Source: an uncultured archaeon (GTDB lineage Archaea; Asgardarchaeota; Lokiarchaeia; Sigyniarchaeales; SOKP01). From it: DNA of 39,820 nucleotides. Shown piece by piece: positions 18,043 to 26,849 of the stretch. Numbering within the stretch: the first letter of the stretch is position 1; each line of letters starts with the position of its first letter. The notes beneath the pieces are model-generated. The model was given only the letters and a program-made list of their open reading frames with translations, had not been told where the DNA came from and made no database searches. A program made the translations under genes and the position numbers. The DNA lies in NCBI GenBank assembly GCA_964508365.1, contig CAZDTP010000036.1, positions 1 through 39,820 of the forward strand, read 5' to 3'.

Positions 18043-19560
18043 TTATGATGGATTAGGAACAACCAATCCCTTCCAATATCCTATTAGATGATCATACATT
18101 CTATTAAATTCCGACTGTAATGCCTTATACTCAATTGCTTTTTTTTTATCTGGTTCGATAATGAAGCAATTCGCATTTTCTTTAAGGACAATTTCCTCGA
18201 AACTTTTAATAAATCCTAAACCAAAAGCCGCAAGTAAACCACAACCTCTCAAACTTGCTTCTGGTTCATCAGTTAAAATATGGGGGATTTGCGTGATATC
18301 TGCTTTAATTTGATAAAGTAACTTATTTCGAGTTGCTCCACCTACACAAAAGACTTGCTTGATGTCTACTCCTACATTCTTAAAAGTCTGAATATCTCTT
18401 CCAAGTGCTAAACCAACCCCTTCCATCACAGATCGCGCTATATGACCTGCCTTGTGGTTTAAAGTTAAACCAAATAAACATCCTTTTGCATATACATTGT
18501 CTTGTCTTCGTTCACCTAACAAATACGGGTAAAAGATCAATCCTTCACTTCCACTAGATATTTTTTCTGCCATTTCAATCATTTGTTCGTATGAAATTTC
18601 TCCTAAATTAACAGAACTTAAGAAATCTTTACACCATTTCATACTTAAACCACCAGTATCCAAAATAGTAAATGGAATCCACCCGTCAATTACATGCCTT
18701 AAATTTTGTACTGAAGGATTTTTTATAGGTTTATCTTTATGAACGACAAAGAGAGTGCTCGTTCCTGTCATGTCCACAGCTGTTCCTTTCTTAACTAACC
18801 CTAATCCTAGTAAAGAAACCATAAAATCCCCTCCACCTGCTATTACAGGGATGTTGGCTGGAATTCCTATTTCTTTTGAAATTTTTGCATGAGTCTTCCC
18901 AATAGTTTCATATGAGTTATTGATGGGGGCAAATTTGTTAAGATCGATGTCTAAAACTTCAGCCATATAATTTGAGTATTTGTTAGTGGTAAAATCATAG
19001 AGAAATGTCCCTGAAGCTTCACTTGGATCTGTACCAACAACACCTGTAAGTTGATAATTAATAAAATCTTTTGGAACGAGAAACCATTTAGTTTTATTGT
19101 ATATCTCAGGTTGGTTCTCTTTTATCCATTTAATTTTAAAACCTGACCACCCGGTCGTAATTGGATTCCCTGTAATTTTGTTTAGTTTCGATTCATCAAT
19201 TTTTTTTCGTATATTATTACAAATATCCTCACATCGCTTATCCATCCATATTTGGGTCCACTCTGTAGTAATATTCCCGTTATAATCAATTCCAACTGGT
19301 CCATGCATTTGTCCACAAGTACTTACACCTTTAATCGTATTTACATCTACTTTAGATTTCTTTATTACTTCAGAAATAACTTGTTTTGTCATGTCCCACC
19401 AAATTTGTGGTTTCTGCTGAGCCCAACCAGGATAGGGACTATCCACTTCTTGTAATTGCTGTGAAACTGCTAAAATCGTACCTTCTGTAGTAACAATTCC
19501 AGCTCGGATGCTTTGAGTTCCAATGTCAATTGCTAGAATGTTTATAATTTTCCTCACCAT
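18043..19560 (-). CDS. FGGY-family kinase (xylulokinase-like)
   Basis: AIDIGTQSIR, CGQMHG, WMDKR, AGGGD, MTGTS, YPYLLGER, VGGATRN. Confidence 0.9.
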   Translation of the reverse strand: MVRKIINILAIDIGTQSIRAGIVTTEGTILAVSQQLQEVDSPYPGWAQQKPQIWWDMTKQVISEVIKKSKVDVNTIKGVSTCGQMHGPVGIDYNGNITTEWTQIWMDKRCEDICNNIRKKIDESKLNKITGNPITTGWSGFKIKWIKENQPEIYNKTKWFLVPKDFINYQLTGVVGTDPSEASGTFLYDFTTNKYSNYMAEVLDIDLNKFAPINNSYETIGKTHAKISKEIGIPANIPVIAGGGDFMVSLLGLGLVKKGTAVDMTGTSTLFVVHKDKPIKNPSVQNLRHVIDGWIPFTILDTGGLSMKWCKDFLSSVNLGEISYEQMIEMAEKISSGSEGLIFYPYLLGERRQDNVYAKGCLFGLTLNHKAGHIARSVMEGVGLALGRDIQTFKNVGVDIKQVFCVGGATRNKLLYQIKADITQIPHILTDEPEASLRGCGLLAAFGLGFIKSFEEIVLKENANCFIIEPDKKKAIEYKALQSEFNRMYDHLIGYWKGLVVPNPS

Positions 19561-19581
19561 AGGTGCATTATTACGATTACG

Positions 19582-19590
19582 AAAAAAAAA
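19582..19590 (-). terminator. Possible intra-cluster oligo(T) terminator after eda
   Basis: T9 on the minus strand directly after the eda TGA; only 30 nt separate eda from the kinase start. Confidence 0.35.
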
Positions 19591-20226
19591 TCATCCGATT
19601 TCTGATTTTATTAGCGAAAGTGCTCTTTTTGTTAAGGTTTTAATCTCTTCAAAATTACCTGACGATATCAAGTTCTTATTTACAATCCAACTTCCACCAC
19701 ATGCTATAACATTATCTAATTTAAGATATTCCGTCAGAGTTTTATCGTTGACTCCACCTGTTGGCATAAAACGAACATTAGGATATGGTCCAGAAAGTAA
19801 TTTAAGCATTTTTATCCCTCCTGAAAGATCAGCGGGAAAAAATTTGAAAAAATCCAATCCTCTTTCTAAACCCCATTCTATAAAGGAAGGGCTATTAAGC
19901 CCTGGAACAATAGTAAAATTATTTTTAACGCAATAATCAACTACAGTAGGATTGAAACCAGGAGTAACTATGAATTCTGAACCTGCTTCTATTGCAGCAT
20001 TAACTTGGTCGATTTTAAGTACCGTCCCTGCGCCTACTAACATTTCTGGATACTCATTTCTTATTAAAGAAATTGATTCTGCTGCTTCTTCGGTTCTAAA
20101 TGTAATTTCAATTACTGGTAGACCAGCATCCATGAGAGCTTTTGCTAATGGAAGTGCATTTTCAGAATCTTCGATAACAGCTACAGGAATTAGTTTTAAA
20201 TTTTCTATTTTATTTATTACATCCAT
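19591..20226 (-). CDS. eda: KDPG/KHG aldolase
   Basis: IEITFRT, VGAGTV, FIVTPG, Schiff-base Lys in FKFFPA, FMPTGGV. Confidence 0.93.
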   Translation of the reverse strand: MDVINKIENLKLIPVAVIEDSENALPLAKALMDAGLPVIEITFRTEEAAESISLIRNEYPEMLVGAGTVLKIDQVNAAIEAGSEFIVTPGFNPTVVDYCVKNNFTIVPGLNSPSFIEWGLERGLDFFKFFPADLSGGIKMLKLLSGPYPNVRFMPTGGVNDKTLTEYLKLDNVIACGGSWIVNKNLISSGNFEEIKTLTKRALSLIKSEIG

Positions 20227-20242
20227 ACTTAGACCTCATGCA

Positions 20243-21109
20243 TTATTTCTTTTTAACTTTATAAATCATGTTAATTTCTGGGATAAAAATTTGGAGTTGA
20301 GAAGAACTAGATTTTCTCAAGTCTTCTAATTCTTCTTTTGTTACAGTGTTATAAGCGAACATACCAAAATGATGAACTATAAGTGCTTCAATCTTGGCTG
20401 ATTTGCATACATCTATGACTTCAGAGGTTAAAAAATTCCCAGCAATATTATTTTTTAAACGATACTCATCTCGACCATTGATAGGTAACAAAGCTAAATC
20501 TATTCTTAACTCTTTCAATTTCTTAATTAATCCATCATATGGTATACAATCCCCAGAGTGATAGATTCTTACTCCATCAAAATCAAAAACATATCCTAAA
20601 AAGTGGTGCTGTCCTTTATCGTTTACTTTAAAAGTTTCGTGAGCAGCAGCGACTCCAGTTATACTTATCTCTTTTTCCAAAGAAAGGAATTCTCCATCAT
20701 TTAACTGAATGATTTGATGGGGTTTCGCACCCCTATTAACAGCTTCTTCTAATTCTGCTGCGGGTACGATGATTTTTACTTCAGAATTCTTATCGCATAG
20801 AATTGTAATCGTTTCTGGATCCATGTGATCAGAATGAGCATGGGTGCTTAAGATATAATCGATACTTGTCAGTTGATCAAGCGATATTGGGATATCCATT
20901 AAGCGTATATGAGGAAACAACTTTCCTTTATACTTTTTTGATAGATAATCAGAAAGATAGGGATCTATTATAAAAAATTTATTTCTGAACTTGAAAATAA
21001 ACCCAGCTTGACCAATCCAAGCAATACATACTTCCTCTTCAGATGTGGATTTACTTCTAACAAAATCCTTGAGTGAATGAATACTTTCTGATCTAATTTT
21101 AATCATCAT
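20243..21109 (-). CDS. Metallo-beta-lactamase-fold hydrolase, UlaG (L-ascorbate-6-P lactonase)-like
   Basis: WIGQAGF, IDPYLS, THAHSDHMD, YHSGD, LPING, HHFGMF. Start placed at ATG 21109 (or 21106), overlapping the upstream stop. Confidence 0.85.
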   Translation of the reverse strand: MMIKIRSESIHSLKDFVRSKSTSEEEVCIAWIGQAGFIFKFRNKFFIIDPYLSDYLSKKYKGKLFPHIRLMDIPISLDQLTSIDYILSTHAHSDHMDPETITILCDKNSEVKIIVPAAELEEAVNRGAKPHQIIQLNDGEFLSLEKEISITGVAAAHETFKVNDKGQHHFLGYVFDFDGVRIYHSGDCIPYDGLIKKLKELRIDLALLPINGRDEYRLKNNIAGNFLTSEVIDVCKSAKIEALIVHHFGMFAYNTVTKEELEDLRKSSSSQLQIFIPEINMIYKVKKK

Positions 21110-22031
21110 AAATAAAACCAAGTACCATTAAAATATTATCAACTGCTCTAGACATTGCGCGATCAATACTTTCTGTAGTGAAAGCTCCTATATGTGGTGT
21201 ACAAATCGTACGAGGATGGAGAATTAAGTCATTTAGTTCGGGAGGCTCAGTCTTATATACATCTGTAGCATATATAGCAATCTTTCCATTATTTAAGCCA
21301 TCTAATATCGCAGTTTCATCAACAACTCCAGCACGAGCTGTGTTTACTATATATACACCTTTTTTCATTTTTGATATGGCTTTAGAATCTATAACGGGTT
21401 TTTTTGCAGGGGGTAGATGTAAGCTTATGAAATGAGAATTTGAGAGAAGCTCATCAAGTGAAGTATATTCAAAGTCATTAGAAGGATTGTAATTAGCAAA
21501 AGTGAACGGATCATATCCCAGTACCTTCATATGAAGTCCTAAAGCCATTGTAGCTACGCACTTCCCAATATTTCCTACACCAATAATACCTAATGTTCTT
21601 CTGTCGATCTCTATTCCTTTTATTCGTTTCCATTCTCCCTTTTTTAAATCTGAATTACACAACGGTACAGATCGCAATGATGATAACAGAAGAGTTATAG
21701 CTAATTCCGCTACTCCTTGTGCATTGGACCCAGGTGTAGTTTCAACTTTAATTCCAAGCTCTTTAGCAACTTCAAGATCGATATTTTCAATGCCAACTCC
21801 ATTTCTACTAATGACTTTTAGATTTTTTGCAGCTGTTAATACTTTTTTATTAATCACTTCTGTCCCAGCTAAATAAGCTACACATTCAGGTAAGTCCCTA
21901 AGTAGATCTTCTTCAGTTGGTCTTTGTCCAGGAGGCCCAAAGATTAGTTCCAAACCATACTTTTCTAACCTCTTTAATGTATAGTGTCCATTGGCTGTAA
22001 TTGACCGAGATCCAATATAAACTTTATTCAT
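21099..22031 (-). CDS. D-isomer-specific 2-hydroxyacid dehydrogenase (SerA-like, no ACT domain)
   Basis: SRNGVGIENID, VAELA, GIIGVGNIG, VNTAR, DVYKTEP, TPHIG; 310 aa. Confidence 0.9.
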   Translation of the reverse strand: MNKVYIGSRSITANGHYTLKRLEKYGLELIFGPPGQRPTEEDLLRDLPECVAYLAGTEVINKKVLTAAKNLKVISRNGVGIENIDLEVAKELGIKVETTPGSNAQGVAELAITLLLSSLRSVPLCNSDLKKGEWKRIKGIEIDRRTLGIIGVGNIGKCVATMALGLHMKVLGYDPFTFANYNPSNDFEYTSLDELLSNSHFISLHLPPAKKPVIDSKAISKMKKGVYIVNTARAGVVDETAILDGLNNGKIAIYATDVYKTEPPELNDLILHPRTICTPHIGAFTTESIDRAMSRAVDNILMVLGFIYDD

Positions 22032-22055
22032 GCAAGAACCCTTTTTGAAAATTCA

Positions 22056-22640
22056 TTATTTCCATTTTGGATTATCAATTATTTCAGGTTTTCCGTTCTT
22101 TTCAATAACTAATTTACGGTAACCTTTTGTTTCTATTGTTTTATAATCATGTCCGGCATCTGCACGAAATACAAAAAACATGATAAAAGGTTCAGAATCT
22201 GATATATTAATACTCCTATGGGCAAAATTCGGAGGAACATATACAGAAACTCCGGGAGTCATTTCTTGGAGTTCAACATTACCATTAAGATCTTCCATTA
22301 ACAGATAACCATGCCCATTTGTGCAATAATAGATTTCTGCAGTTTCCAACTTTTCATGGAAATGGCCCTTAGTCATAAAGTATTCATCTCCAACTTTTCC
22401 AGGATTTATTATAGTAGTACCAAACGCTAATTCACTTGATTTTTCTGGAATTCCCAGCTCATAAAATTCATAAATACAGAGATCTCCCTTCTCGAGAATA
22501 CTCTCGAGAGCTTCATTATCTAAATACATCCCTTTCATATCAGAAAGCATTCTCCTCGTAGGAATTCGATCTGGGGAATGTCCATCTTTCAAGCTAAATT
22601 TGATTGAAAACGACTTATATTTTTTCATAATAATACCCAT
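22056..22640 (-). CDS. Cupin-type (archaeal) glucose-6-phosphate isomerase family protein
   Basis: GTTIINPGKVGDEYFMTKGHFH, EIYY, AHRSIN, AGHDY; start may be ATG 22628. Confidence 0.88.
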   Translation of the reverse strand: MGIIMKKYKSFSIKFSLKDGHSPDRIPTRRMLSDMKGMYLDNEALESILEKGDLCIYEFYELGIPEKSSELAFGTTIINPGKVGDEYFMTKGHFHEKLETAEIYYCTNGHGYLLMEDLNGNVELQEMTPGVSVYVPPNFAHRSINISDSEPFIMFFVFRADAGHDYKTIETKGYRKLVIEKNGKPEIIDNPKWK

Positions 22641-22646
22641 TTATTT

Positions 22647-23600
22647 TTATTTTACTTTTAATGCTATTTTGGAAAGCTCCTCAAACTTGGGTCCACTTGT
22701 AGGAATGTTTAAGTGAAAAACTTCAGCGATTACCCTCAGCCATCCATGCAAGAAGTAAACCCAACCATCTTCTACATGTAGGTTCTTTTCTTTTTCTTGA
22801 GCTTGTGCTTGTTTTAGGAAAATTAAATCACCTCTAAAATTATAATCCCACACGAATCCATTTGCTGGAAATTCTGCAGAATCAGATAGAGGAGATCCCG
22901 GAAAATCTTTCCCTGCACCAGTTCCATTGATAACTAAAGAATAATGGTTTAAGTTATTAACAATATTATCATTATCTTCTGGTGTTGGGCAATGATGATA
23001 TTTAAAACTTATCCCTGGATTAATTTGAGCATGAATCTTTTTCATATTTTCAAGTCTGGGAATACTTCTATTAGTTACATGAATTTTAGAGGGCCAATCA
23101 TTACTTTCCATCGTTTCTATTAAGTATGTTGTAAGAGCTAAAGAAGCCCCTCCAGCACCCATTATGCAAATTTCTCCCCTCGATTTTTTCCAATGTTCTT
23201 TAGGAATAAAGGCTTCATAAGATAGACCACTTGTTATTGGATCTTTAGCATGTGCCCAGAGCTTTCCATCACTTTTAGAAATACAACTTAATTCTCCAAG
23301 AAGTTTAGCATAGGAATCTACTCCATCAAATAATTCGTAAGCAGCATCATACAAATCTATTTTATGAGAAGTTACCAATGCACCTAATGAATTCTTATCG
23401 TTCTTTATAAATTCTACGATTTCTCGGTAAACTTTAGGTTTATCATGGATTTTACAATTAATTCCAACTATCGGTGTACCTCCAATTCCTAGATATTCTG
23501 CCCAATTCGGAAAAACTCTCATGATCGATGATTTTGTTGTTGTAACTCCAATATAATAAAATGTTGGTTTTTTTGCTGGTAAAAAATCAAAGTTACTCAT
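22647..23600 (-). CDS. Shikimate/quinate dehydrogenase-fold NAD(P) oxidoreductase, non-AroE subfamily
   Basis: YIGVTTTKSSIMRVFP, GALVTSHK, AKDPIT, MGAGGAS, VTNRS, VEDGWVYF. Confidence 0.75.
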   Translation of the reverse strand: MSNFDFLPAKKPTFYYIGVTTTKSSIMRVFPNWAEYLGIGGTPIVGINCKIHDKPKVYREIVEFIKNDKNSLGALVTSHKIDLYDAAYELFDGVDSYAKLLGELSCISKSDGKLWAHAKDPITSGLSYEAFIPKEHWKKSRGEICIMGAGGASLALTTYLIETMESNDWPSKIHVTNRSIPRLENMKKIHAQINPGISFKYHHCPTPEDNDNIVNNLNHYSLVINGTGAGKDFPGSPLSDSAEFPANGFVWDYNFRGDLIFLKQAQAQEKEKNLHVEDGWVYFLHGWLRVIAEVFHLNIPTSGPKFEELSKIALKVK

Positions 23601-23628
23601 CTAAGTTTACCCCTTTCAATAAGAAATT

Positions 23629-25176
23629 TTATTTTGATAAACTCTTAAAAGTTTGTTTAGTTACGGTTTCTTCTTTTAATATCATTTTTACAGTGTTTTC
23701 TGCTCCTACCATTCCCGTCACCACACCGCCAAAATTTTCACTCTGAGCACCTATAAACCAAAGACCTTTTATAGGAGTTTTATGTTGGGGAGGCGGAACC
23801 TTAAGATGTGGAACAGTTCCTCCAAAAGCGTGTTGTTTTAAATGTGTTCGCTTTTTAAAGTCTTCTGGAGTAAGAATAATTTTTGTTTTAGCGTGTTCTC
23901 GAAGACCAGGTATAAATTTTTCTGCTAAATCTAAGAGTTTTTCAGCCCATTCATCTTTATTTTCTTTCCAACTACCATTTGTAGGAATATTAGGGGCAAT
24001 AGTATAAACGGTAACTGCTTGATGCCCTGGAGGAGCCATATCGGGTGAATGTTTTGAAGGTATGTATATTAATAGTCCATCTTTTCCTTCGTGGTATATT
24101 CCTTTTTTACATTCTCCTATACTTCTATTAATATCGTAAGTAAAATAATAATAACATAACGCTGCGTCATTTTGATATATAGAGGGATCATAGTCTACGC
24201 CTAAATGTACCATAAATACCGATTCAGTAGTAAATAGAGGATCTATATATGTATTGATAAAATCTTGTGTAAGGTGCTTACTTCCTACGAGGTTTAAAAA
24301 TAATTCCTTTGCACCACCACTTGCACACACAAGATCAACCTCAACTTCTTCATGATTAGATAAGAGAACACTCTTAATGCATTCCTCTTCGATATTAATT
24401 TTGTTTATGGTAATATTAGTAAGGATTTTTCCACCTTTTTCAACAATAAATCCAGCGAGTGCAGTAACGAGACTTTCCATACCATTTTCTACATAACTCC
24501 ATGATTGTCTATGTTGATGTCTTCCGTAATCAAGAGGTACTCTTTCATCATATTGCGACTCTGCGTTAATTGTAGGTATTATTAACCCCGGAAATACTTC
24601 TGGAGATATTACATAGTCAGCTAAAATAGCAATAAATACTGCTTGGAGTTTTTTGTTTGAAAAACAATAGTCCATTAATTTCTGGGCACTCCATTCCTTC
24701 TTTCTCATAATTGGAAGGAAAGTTAAGAATAGTTTGAGCTTAGAAAGAAAACCTTCTTTGTTAACGAGTGCACTTACATCGTGAATTCTTTCGTATATTT
24801 TAAAATATTTATCTAAACCTTTAGCGTCTTCAGGAAAAAGATTTTTCAAATATTCTTTTCTCCAATAGATACCTTGAAATTCTTTAGTTCTACTAATCCT
24901 AAAGTCAGGGAAGTAATTTTCTCTGTAAGATTTAAAAGTTTTCACCTTTCCTGAAATCCCTAGTTTCTCAAGAATTTTCCTTCCAGGTTCACCCTCACCA
25001 AGATCCGGAACTAACATCTGACCCCAATCCCATTTATATCCATCTTTCTCAATCGTCGCGGTTACTCCACCAATATTCTCATGTTGTTCATATACAGTTA
25101 CGGAATGACCCTCTCTTACGAGAAGCGCGGCAGAAGTCAGTCCTGCTAAACCTGCTCCTATTACAGCGATTTTCAT
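23629..25176 (-). CDS. CrtI/RetSat/CrtISO-family FAD-dependent oxidoreductase
   Basis: VIGAGLAGL, YEQHENIGG, GGMESL-like NGMESL, SVFMVHLG, ILTPEDF, GLWFIG. Confidence 0.85.
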   Translation of the reverse strand: MKIAVIGAGLAGLTSAALLVREGHSVTVYEQHENIGGVTATIEKDGYKWDWGQMLVPDLGEGEPGRKILEKLGISGKVKTFKSYRENYFPDFRISRTKEFQGIYWRKEYLKNLFPEDAKGLDKYFKIYERIHDVSALVNKEGFLSKLKLFLTFLPIMRKKEWSAQKLMDYCFSNKKLQAVFIAILADYVISPEVFPGLIIPTINAESQYDERVPLDYGRHQHRQSWSYVENGMESLVTALAGFIVEKGGKILTNITINKINIEEECIKSVLLSNHEEVEVDLVCASGGAKELFLNLVGSKHLTQDFINTYIDPLFTTESVFMVHLGVDYDPSIYQNDAALCYYYFTYDINRSIGECKKGIYHEGKDGLLIYIPSKHSPDMAPPGHQAVTVYTIAPNIPTNGSWKENKDEWAEKLLDLAEKFIPGLREHAKTKIILTPEDFKKRTHLKQHAFGGTVPHLKVPPPQHKTPIKGLWFIGAQSENFGGVVTGMVGAENTVKMILKEETVTKQTFKSLSK

Positions 25177-25244
25177 ATCGATTTTAAAAATATTTTAATT
25201 CCATTAAACTTTTTGAATCTTAATAAAATTAATGCTTGATAATA

Positions 25245-26768
25245 ATGAAAGTCGTTGTTATTGGTTCCGGCTTAGCTGGACTGACTGCTGCTTCTTATAT
25301 GTGTAGAGAAGGTCATGATGTAATAATATACGAACAATTTTCAGAAATTGGAGGGGTAACTGCAACAATTCATAAGGATGGATATTCTTGGGACATTGGT
25401 CCCCTCTTATTGGAAGGATTAGCCCCTCACGAAAAAATTGGAAAAATTTTGACTGAATTAGGAATCTCTGATAAAGTAAGTATAATCCACGAGGATCGTG
25501 GACAGCTACTTCCCGATTTTGCTATTTGGAAGCCTAAAGAGTATAAAGGAAAGTATTGGCGCAAGGAATTCTTTAAAGAACTATTCCCATCTGAAAGTGA
25601 AGGATTAGACAGATACTATCGCTACTACGATCAAATAATGACTCTTATGGCTATTAACAATCGTTTAGAGTGGGCAAAAGGGTTAGAAGCTATTTGGTTG
25701 AAATTAAAGATTATTCCTAAATTTATGAAAGTAAAAAAATACATGGATAAAAGTGCCGCTGATATAATGGATTCTTTCTTTAACGATCCAAAATTAAAAG
25801 CGGTTTTCATGGGAATCCTTGCTGACTTTGTTGTAAAACCTAGCGAGTTCCCGGGATTAGGGGTGCCTATCTCGAATGTTGAGACTGCTTTTGATAAACG
25901 TATTCCACTTAAAATTAAAGGTGGAAAGTTACCTGTTTATCACTACATTCAAAATGGCTGTGAACAATTAGTAAACGCATTTGCAAGCTACATCAAAGAA
26001 AATGGGGGAAAAATTCACATAGATAGCTTAGTTGAAAAGATTTTAATAGAAAACAATAAAGCTGTTGGAGTTAAATTAAAAAGTGGACAAGAAATATCTG
26101 CTGATATCGTAATTGCGAGTGGTGGAGCTCATAAGACTTTTTTTAGTTTAGTAGGAAAGGAAAACTTACCTTCGGAATTCGTAAATAATGTTCAAAATTT
26201 AGTTCATATGGAATCCGTATTAATGGTACATATCGGTATTGACTTCGATCCAACTCCTCACCAGCGTGCTGCCTTATGCTATTATTATGGCACTTACGAT
26301 ATAGAAGAAGCAGTTAATCGTTGTAGATCAGGTGATTATCACGAAGGAAAAGAGGGCTTTTTAATATACATACCTTCAAAACACTCACCTGAAATGGCTC
26401 CATATAAACATCACGCAGTGACAATTTACACTATTTCTCCTTATATTCTTAGCAAGGGTGACTGGAATTTACGTAGAGAAGAACTCGCAGAAAAACTACT
26501 CATAGAAGCTGAAAAAATAATTCCCGGTCTTCGGAAACACGCTAAAACAAAGGTGATTATGACTCCATTGGATTTCAAATCTCGTATATTCGTTGAAAGA
26601 CACAGTTTTGGAGGATTAGCTCCAATTATGAATCAGCAAAATCCCCCTCATCATACTCCAATTCAAGGCTTATGGTATGTTGGAGCGCAGAGTGAATCCG
26701 GTGGTGGCGTCGCAGGGGTAGTTGCAGGAACTCGAAAAGGTGTTTTGAAGTTACTGAAAGAAATCTGA
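25245..26768 (+). CDS. CrtI/RetSat/CrtISO-family FAD-dependent oxidoreductase (paralog of 23629-25176)
   Basis: VIGSGLAGL, YEQFSEIGG, SVLMVHIG, LIYIPS, MTPLDF, GLWYVG. Start placed at ATG 25245; the track uses TTG 25236. Confidence 0.85.
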   Translation: MKVVVIGSGLAGLTAASYMCREGHDVIIYEQFSEIGGVTATIHKDGYSWDIGPLLLEGLAPHEKIGKILTELGISDKVSIIHEDRGQLLPDFAIWKPKEYKGKYWRKEFFKELFPSESEGLDRYYRYYDQIMTLMAINNRLEWAKGLEAIWLKLKIIPKFMKVKKYMDKSAADIMDSFFNDPKLKAVFMGILADFVVKPSEFPGLGVPISNVETAFDKRIPLKIKGGKLPVYHYIQNGCEQLVNAFASYIKENGGKIHIDSLVEKILIENNKAVGVKLKSGQEISADIVIASGGAHKTFFSLVGKENLPSEFVNNVQNLVHMESVLMVHIGIDFDPTPHQRAALCYYYGTYDIEEAVNRCRSGDYHEGKEGFLIYIPSKHSPEMAPYKHHAVTIYTISPYILSKGDWNLRREELAEKLLIEAEKIIPGLRKHAKTKVIMTPLDFKSRIFVERHSFGGLAPIMNQQNPPHHTPIQGLWYVGAQSESGGGVAGVVAGTRKGVLKLLKEI

Positions 26769-26809
26769 TATATCTCTAATTTTAAAGATACTAAATAAAC
26801 CAATCAAAT

Positions 26810-26849
26810 AAAAAAAAAATAAAAAATTATTTTTGTATTTATTTTGTTT
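26810..26849. terminator. Bidirectional oligo(A)/oligo(T) terminator region between convergent genes
   Basis: A10 tract at 26810-26819 followed by T-rich tracts, between stops at 26768 (+) and 26850 (-). Confidence 0.5.

Noticed and set aside
19523-20329. Plus-strand ORFs 19523-19936 and 19952-20329
   Set aside because: Antisense to the well-supported eda gene; no recognisable motifs.
21099-22031. Calling this serA (serine biosynthesis)
   Set aside because: Lacks ASB/ACT domains and sits in a sugar-catabolic cluster; only family-level assignment is justified.
23629-26768. Carotenoid biosynthesis cluster
   Set aside because: No phytoene synthase, GGPP synthase, cyclase or elongase in the window.
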